Assembly: GCA_043823125.1 (NCBI GenBank)
Contig: JBDRBC010000437.1
Location: forward strand, 1 to 52,702
Direction: 5' to 3'
DNA from: a bacterium
GTDB taxonomy: Bacteria > Krumholzibacteriota > Krumholzibacteriia > LZORAL124-64-63
DNA length: 52,702 nt
Shown one piece after another: positions 37,994-46,303 of the stretch. The position numbers were made by a program, and so were the translations under genes. Position 1 is the stretch's first letter. Every line of letters starts with the position of its first letter. The notes under the pieces were generated by a model. It had not been told where the DNA came from. It ran no database searches and saw only the letters and a program-made list of their open reading frames with translations.

Positions 37994-39508
37994 TCAGCGG
38001 TCGTCGGCGATCCAGGCCTGGATCATCTCCGCCACTCGTTCCGGATTCTCCGACGCATATTCCTTGACGTCCTCGGCCATGTTATCCGTGTCGCTGCCTG
38101 CGCCCAGGTCGAGGGACGGCCGTTTGCCCCGCGTCTGCACCGGCGGTTCATCCGCCACGGTCGGCGGTCGCCGGGTCGGCAAGCCCTCGGTCAAGATCCG
38201 GCCGAGGTTCTTGCGCAGGCTGAGCACAAGGATCGTCGCCACCAGGAAGAGGAGGAGCCGGCCGCCGTACTCGGGCAGCAGCTCCAGCCAGACGGGTGAT
38301 CCGGGCCCGCCGAGCGGCTGGCCGACCGGAGAACCCTCGCCCTGAAACTGCATGTTCACCACTTCGATCTGGTCGCCGCGGCCACTGTTCAAGCCCACCG
38401 CGGTCTGCACGATGCGCTGGATCTGGTTGAGCTGCTCTTCACTCAACGGCGTGTAGACCGATTCGCCGCCGTCCGCGTCGGCGGTGTAGGTCCCGTCCAC
38501 GAACACCGCCACCGACAGGCCGTTGACCCCGCCCGTCTGCCCGACGATCCGCTCCACCGTGCGGTTGATCTCGTAGTTGGTGACACTGTTCTCGCTGGTG
38601 CCGCCGCTGCCGGGATCGGTGGACTCCGTTCGCTCCTCGCTGCGCACGACGGCGGCCTCGGGATCGAAGGTCTCCCGCTCGCGATCGATCTTCTCGAAGT
38701 TCAGGGTGGCATCCACCCGGACTATGGATCGGCCGCTGCCAAGAACCTCGGCCAGCATGCTCTCCGCCTTGGTGGACAGGTAGCCTTCCACTTCCTTCTT
38801 CAGGGCGAGCTGGCTTTCCGAACGTCCCACCTGGTCGTCCGCAAAGCCGCGGGAAAGCACCTTGCCGTTCTGGTCGATGACCGTGACGTTGGTCAGTTGC
38901 AACCCCTCGACGCTGCCGGAGACCAGGCTCTGGATACCGTTGATCTGGCTCTCACTCAGACGAGCGGCGCGCCCCAGACCGACCACTACGGAGGCGGTGG
39001 GTTCGGTCTGCAACTGCTTGAAGATGGAACTCTTGGGCAACACCAGGTGCACCCGAGCCGAGGTGATGCCGGCCAGCGATTCGATGGATTTGGTCAGCTC
39101 TCCCTCGAGCGCGCGCTTGAAATTCACATTCTGCAGGAATTCAGTCAGACCGTACTGCTTGCCGTCGAAGATCTCGAAGCCCACCACCCCACTGGCCGGG
39201 ATACCCTTGCCGGCCAGTTCCACACGGAGTCGATACACTTCCGACTGCGGGACCAGGATGGTGGTGCCACCGTTGGACAGGTCGGCCTCCACGTCGAGCT
39301 TGGTCAACTCTTCCAGCGCCGCCGCCGCGTCCTCGGGCTCCAGATTCGTGAACAGGACCGACTTCTCCTCGTGCTGCAGCCAAAGGGAAAAGATCCCGAC
39401 ACTGACCACGGCCGCCACCAGAATCGCCCCCAGGAGCACTTTCTGGTTGAAGCTGAACCGGGCCAGCCATTCGTTGAGCCTGTCGAGCTGTTGCTTTATG
39501 CCGTCCAC
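37994..39508 (-). CDS. fliF: MS-ring protein FliF
   Basis: GFEIFD, RALEGEL, ARVHLVLP, NYEIN and two TM segments. Confidence 0.97.
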   Translation of the reverse strand: MDGIKQQLDRLNEWLARFSFNQKVLLGAILVAAVVSVGIFSLWLQHEEKSVLFTNLEPEDAAAALEELTKLDVEADLSNGGTTILVPQSEVYRLRVELAGKGIPASGVVGFEIFDGKQYGLTEFLQNVNFKRALEGELTKSIESLAGITSARVHLVLPKSSIFKQLQTEPTASVVVGLGRAARLSESQINGIQSLVSGSVEGLQLTNVTVIDQNGKVLSRGFADDQVGRSESQLALKKEVEGYLSTKAESMLAEVLGSGRSIVRVDATLNFEKIDRERETFDPEAAVVRSEERTESTDPGSGGTSENSVTNYEINRTVERIVGQTGGVNGLSVAVFVDGTYTADADGGESVYTPLSEEQLNQIQRIVQTAVGLNSGRGDQIEVVNMQFQGEGSPVGQPLGGPGSPVWLELLPEYGGRLLLFLVATILVLSLRKNLGRILTEGLPTRRPPTVADEPPVQTRGKRPSLDLGAGSDTDNMAEDVKEYASENPERVAEMIQAWIADDR

Positions 39509-39547
39509 GTTCCCTCTCCAGTTGTACCGTCATCCCACCACTGGTGG

Positions 39548-39847
39548 TTAGACACTCATTCTCATGACTTCCTTGTAGGCGTCGAGCAGCTTGTTGCGAA
39601 TCTCGAGCATCAGCTCGAAGGCCAGCGACGCTTCCTCGGACGCCATCATCACGTCGTGCACCTCGGTGACTTCTCCCGAGATCATGCCCTCCACCATCCG
39701 TTGGCGGTGGGCGCTCAGTTCATTCACCTCGTCCACGGCATTACGCAGCGTGTCCGCAAAGGACGACCGCTGCACGGACTCGTCGATACTCTGGTAGATC
39801 TTGCGAGGATCGATGGAACCAAGAGAACGTATCGCATCGACACTCAT
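39548..39847 (-). CDS. fliE: Hook-basal body protein FliE
   Basis: HDVMMASEEA...IRNKLLDAYKEVMRMSV. Confidence 0.96.
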   Translation of the reverse strand: MSVDAIRSLGSIDPRKIYQSIDESVQRSSFADTLRNAVDEVNELSAHRQRMVEGMISGEVTEVHDVMMASEEASLAFELMLEIRNKLLDAYKEVMRMSV

Positions 39848-39912
39848 GGAAAGACCTCCTCGCCCCGGTTTTCGCTACGGACAACACGGCCGCGCCGCAC
39901 GCCCGATCACGG

Positions 39913-40431
39913 TTACAGTTCCAGGGCCTGTTTGAACATCGCCTTGGCCGCCTGCATGGCGCTCACGTTGGCCTCGTAGGCCCGACTCGCTCGGATCATA
40001 TCCACCATCTCGGTGATGACATTCACGTTGGGCAACAGGACATATCCCTCGTCATCGGCATCCGGATGTCCGGGATCGTAGACCACGCGAAACTCGGAAG
40101 CGTCTTCCGCCGTGGCCACCGAGGGCGCCACGCCAAACCGCGTCTCGGGAGCCTGCAAACCCTGGCCGCTGCCCAGATGACCTTTGTGAGTCTGGGACAG
40201 CGATATACGCGGGCCGTTGCCCTGGGCCCGATTCTGCATGGCGTTCAAGCGTCCCATCTTGGTTTCCAGCAGGTGCTGGAAGACCGCGCGCTGGCGCCGG
40301 TACGGAGTACCGTCTTCGGTGCGGGTGGTCTCGGCATTGGCCAGGTTCTGGGACACCACGTCCATTTTCACCCGCTGGCCGTGGAGACCGGTGGCGCTGA
40401 TCTGTAACGATCCGAATAATCCGCTACTCAT
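39913..40431 (-). CDS. flgC: Rod protein FlgC
   Basis: NLANAETTRT, YDPGHPDA and PNVNVITEMVDMIRASRAYEAN. Confidence 0.97.
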   Translation of the reverse strand: MSSGLFGSLQISATGLHGQRVKMDVVSQNLANAETTRTEDGTPYRRQRAVFQHLLETKMGRLNAMQNRAQGNGPRISLSQTHKGHLGSGQGLQAPETRFGVAPSVATAEDASEFRVVYDPGHPDADDEGYVLLPNVNVITEMVDMIRASRAYEANVSAMQAAKAMFKQALEL

Positions 40432-40454
40432 GATTCCTCCTCAGACCGTTACGG

Positions 40455-40859
40455 CTAGGAGCCCTTGATGGCGAGTCTGATCCCATCGTACTTCTTGCTG
40501 AGCAGCCGGGTGACCAGCCGATAAGTGAGATCGTTGGTCACCAGGTCAGCCATTTCCTTATCGATGTTCACGTTGTTCACGCCGTTATCGAAATTGTTGT
40601 CCTGTTCCTCGATCCGGCCCTGGGTATCGGCCAGACCGCGCCGGCCGATGGCCAGATGATTGGCCCGGGTGGACACGCCGCGCAGCTTGCCCCCCGCCCC
40701 TTGCAGATACTCCTCGAATCGGTACTCCTGCGCCCGATAACCCCGGGTCTCGATGTTGGCGATGTTGTCCGCCGTGACCCGATGCCGCTTGGCGTAGACC
40801 TGCAACGCCTGCTTGAGTTCGCCCAGATGCGCCGCTTCGAAAATCGAGGTCTTGATCAT
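40455..40859 (-). CDS. flgB: Rod protein FlgB
   Basis: NIANIETRGY and NNVNIDKEM. Confidence 0.95.
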   Translation of the reverse strand: MIKTSIFEAAHLGELKQALQVYAKRHRVTADNIANIETRGYRAQEYRFEEYLQGAGGKLRGVSTRANHLAIGRRGLADTQGRIEEQDNNFDNGVNNVNIDKEMADLVTNDLTYRLVTRLLSKKYDGIRLAIKGS

Positions 40860-40864
40860 GATTC

Positions 40865-42235
40865 TCAGCTAGGAATCTTCACGCCCAGCTCGTGGTAGAG
40901 GTGCAGCTTGTTCCGCAAGGTCCGCACGCTGATGCCGAGTTCCTGTGCGGCCTGGGTCCGGTTCCCGTTGGTCTTGCGCAGCTTGCGCAGGATCAACTCG
41001 CGCTCCATGTCCTTGAGGGTCATTTCGCCGCCGATTTCCAGCTCGCCATCGACGCCGTTCATCTCGTCGGCGAGATTGAAGATGGCCTCGTCGATGACCG
41101 GCCCCCGGCTCATGATCACTGCACGTTCGATGACGTTCTGAACCTGCCGTACATTGCCGGGCCAGTCCAGCCGCACCAGATTGGTCAACGCCTTCTCGCT
41201 GATTTCCAGCAAGGCCTTGCCGTTCTCGGCGCAGAATGTGTCCAGGAAATGACTGACGAGCAGCGGGATGTCCTCTTTACGTTGGCGTAGCGGCACGATG
41301 GTCATGGGAATGACATTGAGCCGGAAGAAGAGGTCCTCGCGGAAACGTTTCTCGCGAATCTCGGTGCGGAGATTACGATTGGAGGTGGCGATGATGCGGA
41401 CGTCGGCCTTGGTGGAGAACTTGGCCCCCAACCGCATGAATTCCCGCTCCTGCAGCACCCGGAGCAGCTTGGCCTGCATGGCGAACGGCATCTCGCTGAT
41501 CTCATCCAGCAACAGGGTGCCACCGTGGGCCAGCTCGAACTTTCCCTTGCGCGCCTGGACTGCTCCGGTGAAGGCGCCCCGTTCATAGCCGAACAGCTCG
41601 GATTCCAGCAGTGTTTCCGGGATGGCCGCACAGTTGAGACGGATGAACGGCCCGTGGCTGCGCGATCCAGACTGATGAATGGCCCGCGCCGCCACTTCCT
41701 TGCCGGTGCCACTCTCACCCAGCAGCAGGACAGTGCCCCGGGTGTCGGCGATCATGCTGATCTGTTCCCGTAACTGCACGATGGCGGGGCTGTTACCCAG
41801 CAGCCCCCAGTGTTCACGTTTTTCCTGCAAATTGCGCCGGAGTGACTTGTTCTCCGCCTTCAGCTTCCGCATCTCGAACGCCCGCTGCAGGGTGTGATCG
41901 AGCTGGTCCAGACCGAACGGTTTACTCAGATAATCGAAGGCGCCGCGTTTGGTGGCGGCCACCGCCTCCTTGATGGTGCCGAAAGCGGTCATGATCACCA
42001 CCACCGGCGGCTGGGGCAGCTTCGCCTGGATCTCGTCCAGCAAAGCCAATCCGTCCCGCCCCGGCATGCGGACATCCGAGAGCACCAGGTCCACCGGTGA
42101 ATCGATGAGGATCCCGATCGCCTCGGCGCCATCCTTGGCGGTGGTCACCTGGTAGTTGCTCGCCAGGGAAGCGAACAGGAAGTCGCGCATGGTCTGCTCG
42201 TCATCAACCACGAGGATGCTGGGCTTCTTCACCAT
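40865..42235 (-). CDS. Sigma54-dependent response regulator (FleR/FlrC/FlgR-like)
   Basis: Intact REC domain (VVDD, SDVRMP, KPF), GAFTGA and HTH GISVRTLRNKL. Directly upstream of flgB. Confidence 0.95.
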   Translation of the reverse strand: MVKKPSILVVDDEQTMRDFLFASLASNYQVTTAKDGAEAIGILIDSPVDLVLSDVRMPGRDGLALLDEIQAKLPQPPVVVIMTAFGTIKEAVAATKRGAFDYLSKPFGLDQLDHTLQRAFEMRKLKAENKSLRRNLQEKREHWGLLGNSPAIVQLREQISMIADTRGTVLLLGESGTGKEVAARAIHQSGSRSHGPFIRLNCAAIPETLLESELFGYERGAFTGAVQARKGKFELAHGGTLLLDEISEMPFAMQAKLLRVLQEREFMRLGAKFSTKADVRIIATSNRNLRTEIREKRFREDLFFRLNVIPMTIVPLRQRKEDIPLLVSHFLDTFCAENGKALLEISEKALTNLVRLDWPGNVRQVQNVIERAVIMSRGPVIDEAIFNLADEMNGVDGELEIGGEMTLKDMERELILRKLRKTNGNRTQAAQELGISVRTLRNKLHLYHELGVKIPS

Positions 42236-43011
42236 CGTTCGTTTATCCTTCCGTTCAGAGTGCTCGCGGTGACAGCGGGCGGAATGTCCGCCACTTCCAT
42301 CACGACGCTGGTGCCCCCGCCGTCGTCGCTGGCGATGGACCAGGCCAGTCCGTACATATCCATCACGGTATCCACTCGGGCCAGACCGATACCGAGGTGC
42401 CCGGCCTTGGTGGTCACGAAGGGATCCGCCGCCTTGGCAGCGAGTTCGGGGATCATGCCCGGACCGTTATCCTCGATCCGCAGTGCGAGCCGGTCTGCGC
42501 CAGAAGGTTGGATCGAGAAACGTACCCGGAGCGGGACTGTCGCTGGCTTGGTCGACCGGCCCTCGGCGCTGTTGCACAGGATCTCCTGCACAGCCATTTC
42601 CAGATCGCGGGCCGGCAACAAGAGGGGACCGGTGGACCGGGTGGCCAGCTCGATGCAGAGCTGGGGATACCGCTGGCGACAGCGGTTTGCCGCCAGGGCC
42701 AGCACCACTGTGAGATCTTCACCGGAAACTTTCTGGTGGTTCGGAAACGCCATCTCCTGGACGGAGGCGTAGATCTGTTCCATCCGCTCGACTTCCGCGA
42801 GGATCCTGGCGGCGTAACGCGCCAGCTGCTCGTCCGGATCGGCCGCGGCGATGAGGCCGGCGTAGCCCTTGATGCCGCAGAGACTGTTGCTGGTCTTGTG
42901 CAGATACCCGTGCAACAGCCGCGTCTGCCGCCCGGTGACCAGCGCCGGCTGAACGCCGGTCTGCTCGCCGGCACGGGATGGTTCCTGTAGACAGGGCGCT
43001 GTTTCCATCAT
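42229..43011 (-). CDS. Sensor-less histidine kinase-like protein with atypical H-box
   Basis: LHKTSNSLCGIKGYA, and HATPase boxes EILCNS, DNGPG, PFVTTK, GIGL. The ATG overlaps the upstream stop. Confidence 0.85.
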   Translation of the reverse strand: MMETAPCLQEPSRAGEQTGVQPALVTGRQTRLLHGYLHKTSNSLCGIKGYAGLIAAADPDEQLARYAARILAEVERMEQIYASVQEMAFPNHQKVSGEDLTVVLALAANRCRQRYPQLCIELATRSTGPLLLPARDLEMAVQEILCNSAEGRSTKPATVPLRVRFSIQPSGADRLALRIEDNGPGMIPELAAKAADPFVTTKAGHLGIGLARVDTVMDMYGLAWSIASDDGGGTSVVMEVADIPPAVTASTLNGRINERW

Positions 43012-43403
43012 TGGGCACTCATCTTCTGCAGCAGGTAGCGGTCGGTCTCTTCCTCGCAGCACAGGATCTGTTCGATGAGTGCGCTGACCTGGCGCAAGAC
43101 CTTGTGCAACTTGGCCTGCCCTACACTGCTCCATTTTTCCTTGCCATTCTCCCAGAGCGAGCGGGCGCCGCCATCGGCCTTCTCCAGCCGATCGATGCGG
43201 TCGAGGCAGTCCCGTTTCTGTTCGAGAATGACCCGGATTTCCAGTAGGTCGCCATCACGCCGCACCGTGGTCCCTTGCTGACGACTCAGCTCCAGGACCT
43301 GCTGATACAACCGAACCTCCTCGGCGTAGAGGCCGAGCAGATTCTGCAGCAACCGCCCCTCCTGGGCAGCCTGGTCAGGGCCGGAAAAACGCGGCTGTGC
43401 CAT
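43008..43403 (-). CDS. FlgN/FliT-like helical export chaperone
   Basis: Helical pattern LYQQVLELSRQQ...LEQKRDCLDRIDRLE, 131 aa, flagellar context. Confidence 0.65.
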   Translation of the reverse strand: MAQPRFSGPDQAAQEGRLLQNLLGLYAEEVRLYQQVLELSRQQGTTVRRDGDLLEIRVILEQKRDCLDRIDRLEKADGGARSLWENGKEKWSSVGQAKLHKVLRQVSALIEQILCCEEETDRYLLQKMSAQ

Positions 43404-44463
43404 ACGGCTTGCCCTCCGCTCGGAGTCGTTTCATTTGATCCGCGAGATCTGCCATCTCGCAGGCGCGTTCTTGCCAGGCAGGGAGATCTTCACCCTCGCA
43501 AAGCCGAATGAAAGCCGACCAGGCCAGGGTGTACCTCGCCGCCAGAAAATTCAGATTGGCCAGTTGATATTCGCTCCAGGCGCGGACGTCCGGGAGCTGA
43601 CACGACACGAGCTGCTGGTAGAGCTGGGTCGCGGCGGCGACGTCGTCGGTCAGATAGAGCAGATCGGGGACGGCGATCAGCACCCAGGCGCGTTGCGCCT
43701 CGGTCAGGCCGTGGGACATGCCGCCTCCGGCCACGAGGACCCGGAGATTGGCCAACGCTTCCGGCCACTGCTTGCAGGTCGCCAGGGCGAATGCGTGCCA
43801 GTAGCGCAGCTCCGGACCGATCTGGTCCGTGCTGCTGGCAATCTTGCGGACGAGCAGATCCAGATCCGGTTCGGCGTCGTGGACCAGGAGGTACCGATAG
43901 GCGAGCACCAGTTCCGCTTCCCATTCCCGACAATCGTTGCTGCCGAGAATATTCAGCAAGTGCCGAACCACCCGCAGGGAATCCGCGACCACCACGGCGT
44001 TGGCTAGCGATTCGGCGCGGATTTCCCGGGTATGGATGCCGTTCTCGTCCAGCTGGGACGCCAGGTCGTACCAAACCAGGGCGCTATCGAACTCGCACAG
44101 GTTGCTGTAGTTCCTGGCCATGGCCAGGGCCGAGAAAGCGGTCTGTGCATATTGCTGTCGTGGATTATCGGCCGCCTCCAGCTCGTTCAGGGCGCGCCCG
44201 ATGGACACGTGATGATCGGCGGTGGTCCGGCCACGTGCCGTCATGATGCGTGAGAAGGGAAACAGGTAGGTCAGTTCCGGGTTGCCGGTCTCCTGGCGAG
44301 CGTTGATGGTCTGTTGCAGGGAATGGAGCCACTGCTGGTACCCGTGGGTCTCGGCCTCCGTCAGACCGGCCGCCGTGGCCGTGCCGGCAAACAACACGAG
44401 CAGCCAGATGAAACCGACCTGCAGTAACTGAATAATGTGGTTCCGTGAATCACCCGACGGCAT
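43375..44463 (-). CDS. Exported TPR-like helical repeat protein
   Basis: Signal peptide (WLLVLFAGTATA) and TPR-like units (YWHAFAL...WPEALANL, YQLANLNF). Confidence 0.75.
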   Translation of the reverse strand: MPSGDSRNHIIQLLQVGFIWLLVLFAGTATAAGLTEAETHGYQQWLHSLQQTINARQETGNPELTYLFPFSRIMTARGRTTADHHVSIGRALNELEAADNPRQQYAQTAFSALAMARNYSNLCEFDSALVWYDLASQLDENGIHTREIRAESLANAVVVADSLRVVRHLLNILGSNDCREWEAELVLAYRYLLVHDAEPDLDLLVRKIASSTDQIGPELRYWHAFALATCKQWPEALANLRVLVAGGGMSHGLTEAQRAWVLIAVPDLLYLTDDVAAATQLYQQLVSCQLPDVRAWSEYQLANLNFLAARYTLAWSAFIRLCEGEDLPAWQERACEMADLADQMKRLRAEGKPYGTAAFFRP

Positions 44464-44515
44464 GTTCAACTCTGCCTTCCTCCGGAAATTCCTGCCGTTT
44501 TTCGTTTCGGTCATC

Positions 44516-44531
44516 CGCAAATGACGTGCCT
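44516..44531 (-). promoter_or_regulatory. Sigma54 promoter of the TPR/flgN-like/kinase/regulator/flgBC-fliEFGHIJ operon
   Basis: AGGCAC-GTCAT-TTGCG. Confidence 0.75.
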
Positions 44532-44614
44532 TTTCGAGGACGTTCCGCCCCGGACGTCTTCCCGACACCCCGGGCGCTCGCGCGGGTTAGCCGCTAATAG
44601 CCAACATATTGTGT

Positions 44615-44627
44615 TATCAAGGGGTTA
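44615..44627 (+). promoter_or_regulatory. IHF binding site
   Basis: TATCAAGGGGTTA matches WATCAANNNNTTR exactly, ~85 bp upstream of the sigma54 site. Confidence 0.65.
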
Positions 44628-44854
44628 TACGAACGTTTACTGGTTGGCTGATCTCGATAATCTCACCCTGTCGGCGCCGGAATCGCTGGCAACCGAGTCC
44701 CGAGAGACCACTCTTCAATCAGTACTGGCCAGAAGCTGCCCAGGGACGTGTACGATTCCTCACCGGCAAATTGTGTTTCGATACCAATGGCGCGGCCCAC
44801 CCCGGCGAGGGTGGGCCGCGCGTGGACTCGGCTGATCTCCGGCCTACAAATCTA

Positions 44855-46303
44855 TCACGCCTCGGCGGATGCCGACTTGGCTTCCGTCTCCTCCTGGGTG
44901 AGCTGTTCGTACTGCCGGAGCTTCTCGCGCAGGGTCTGGCGCGAGATGCCAAGGATCCGGGAAGCCTTGGACTTGTTGTTGTTGGTCATCTCCAGGGTGT
45001 GCAGGATCTGCAACCGCTCCACTTCAGACAGCGGAATCAGCCCGGTGGCCGCGCCGAGGGCGGCCTGCTTGGAGGAAGCCCGAGGGCTACGACCGTCGCG
45101 AATGTAGCCGGGGAACTGTTCAGGTTCCAGCTTCTCGGGCTCCTCCAGGATCATGATCCGTTTGAGCACATTTTTCAGCTCACGCACGTTGCCGGGCCAC
45201 GGATAACGCTGCAACACTTCCAGCAACGCCGGGCCTACCGACGCCGTCTGCAGGACGAGCTGCTGGTTCAATTCATCGATGAAGTGATTCATCAACACCT
45301 CGACATCTTGCGGTCGCTCGCGTAACGGTGGCATGTGGATCTCAACGACCTGCAAGCGGTAGTAGAGATCGTTCCGGAAGGTGCCGTCTTCGATGGCTTC
45401 CGAGAGCCGGCGGTTGGTGGCCGCCACGATACGGGCATCCACGGTGAGTTCTTCCTTGGCGCCACCCACCCGCCGGAAGCGCCGATTCTCGATGACCCGC
45501 AGCAGGCGGCTCTGCAGCAAGATCCCCATCTCCCCGATCTCGTCCAGGAAGATGGTGCCCTTGCCCGCCAGTTCAAACAACCCTTCCTTGCGCATCTTGG
45601 CATCGGTGAAAGCGCCTTTTTCGTGACCGAACAGTTCGCTTTCCAGCAAGGATTCCGGCACGGCGGCGCAGTTGATCTCCATGAACGGCTCGTGGCACGC
45701 CTCACTCACCTCGTGCACGGCGCGCGCGATGATCTCCTTGCCCGAGCCGGACTCGCCCTGGATCAGTATGGAGGTCTCGTTGCCGCTCCGGCTGGCCCCG
45801 ATCTTCTCGAGGATACGCGCCACACCGGCCAGACCGGGACAGGCACGGATCATGTTCATGTAGTGACCGTCGAGGTTCACGGCGGTTTTCGCCGCAATGG
45901 TGGGCGCTACCGGATCAGAGGCCGCCACGGTCCGCCCCCGGGTGGCCCGCAAGGCGGCCCGCACCTGATTCTTGATGAGACTGAGTTTGAAAGGCTTCTG
46001 CACGAAATCGTAGGCACCGGAGCGCATGGCCTCCACGGCCGTATCCACATCGCCGTAGGCCGTCATCATGATGACGGGCGTGGCCCGGCCCTGATTCCGC
46101 AAGGCTTGCAAGATCTCCAGGCCGGAAACACCGGGGAGTTTCAAGTCCGTCACGATCAGGTCGTATACGGATCCGTGGCAGGCGGCAAGGGCCTCCTCCC
46201 CGGTTTCCGCTGTTTCCACCTCGTACTCGGCCGTGGTCAACGCCTCGGCCAGCGAGCGGCGAATGGTCGCCTCGTCATCGATGATCAAGATCCTCGGCTT
46301 CAT
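44855..46303 (-). CDS. Sigma54-dependent response regulator (candidate flagellar master activator)
   Basis: REC domain (IIDD, TDLKLP, KPF), GESGSGKE, GAFTDA and HTH. The ATG at 46303 overlaps the kinase stop. Confidence 0.94.
   Translation of the reverse strand: MKPRILIIDDEATIRRSLAEALTTAEYEVETAETGEEALAACHGSVYDLIVTDLKLPGVSGLEILQALRNQGRATPVIMMTAYGDVDTAVEAMRSGAYDFVQKPFKLSLIKNQVRAALRATRGRTVAASDPVAPTIAAKTAVNLDGHYMNMIRACPGLAGVARILEKIGASRSGNETSILIQGESGSGKEIIARAVHEVSEACHEPFMEINCAAVPESLLESELFGHEKGAFTDAKMRKEGLFELAGKGTIFLDEIGEMGILLQSRLLRVIENRRFRRVGGAKEELTVDARIVAATNRRLSEAIEDGTFRNDLYYRLQVVEIHMPPLRERPQDVEVLMNHFIDELNQQLVLQTASVGPALLEVLQRYPWPGNVRELKNVLKRIMILEEPEKLEPEQFPGYIRDGRSPRASSKQAALGAATGLIPLSEVERLQILHTLEMTNNNKSKASRILGISRQTLREKLRQYEQLTQEETEAKSASAEA

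Noticed and set aside
44760-44810. c-di-GMP-I riboswitch (GGCAAA) in the intergenic region
   Set aside because: Lacks the GAAA tetraloop and GACGCAAA elements, and lies on the strand opposite the downstream operon.
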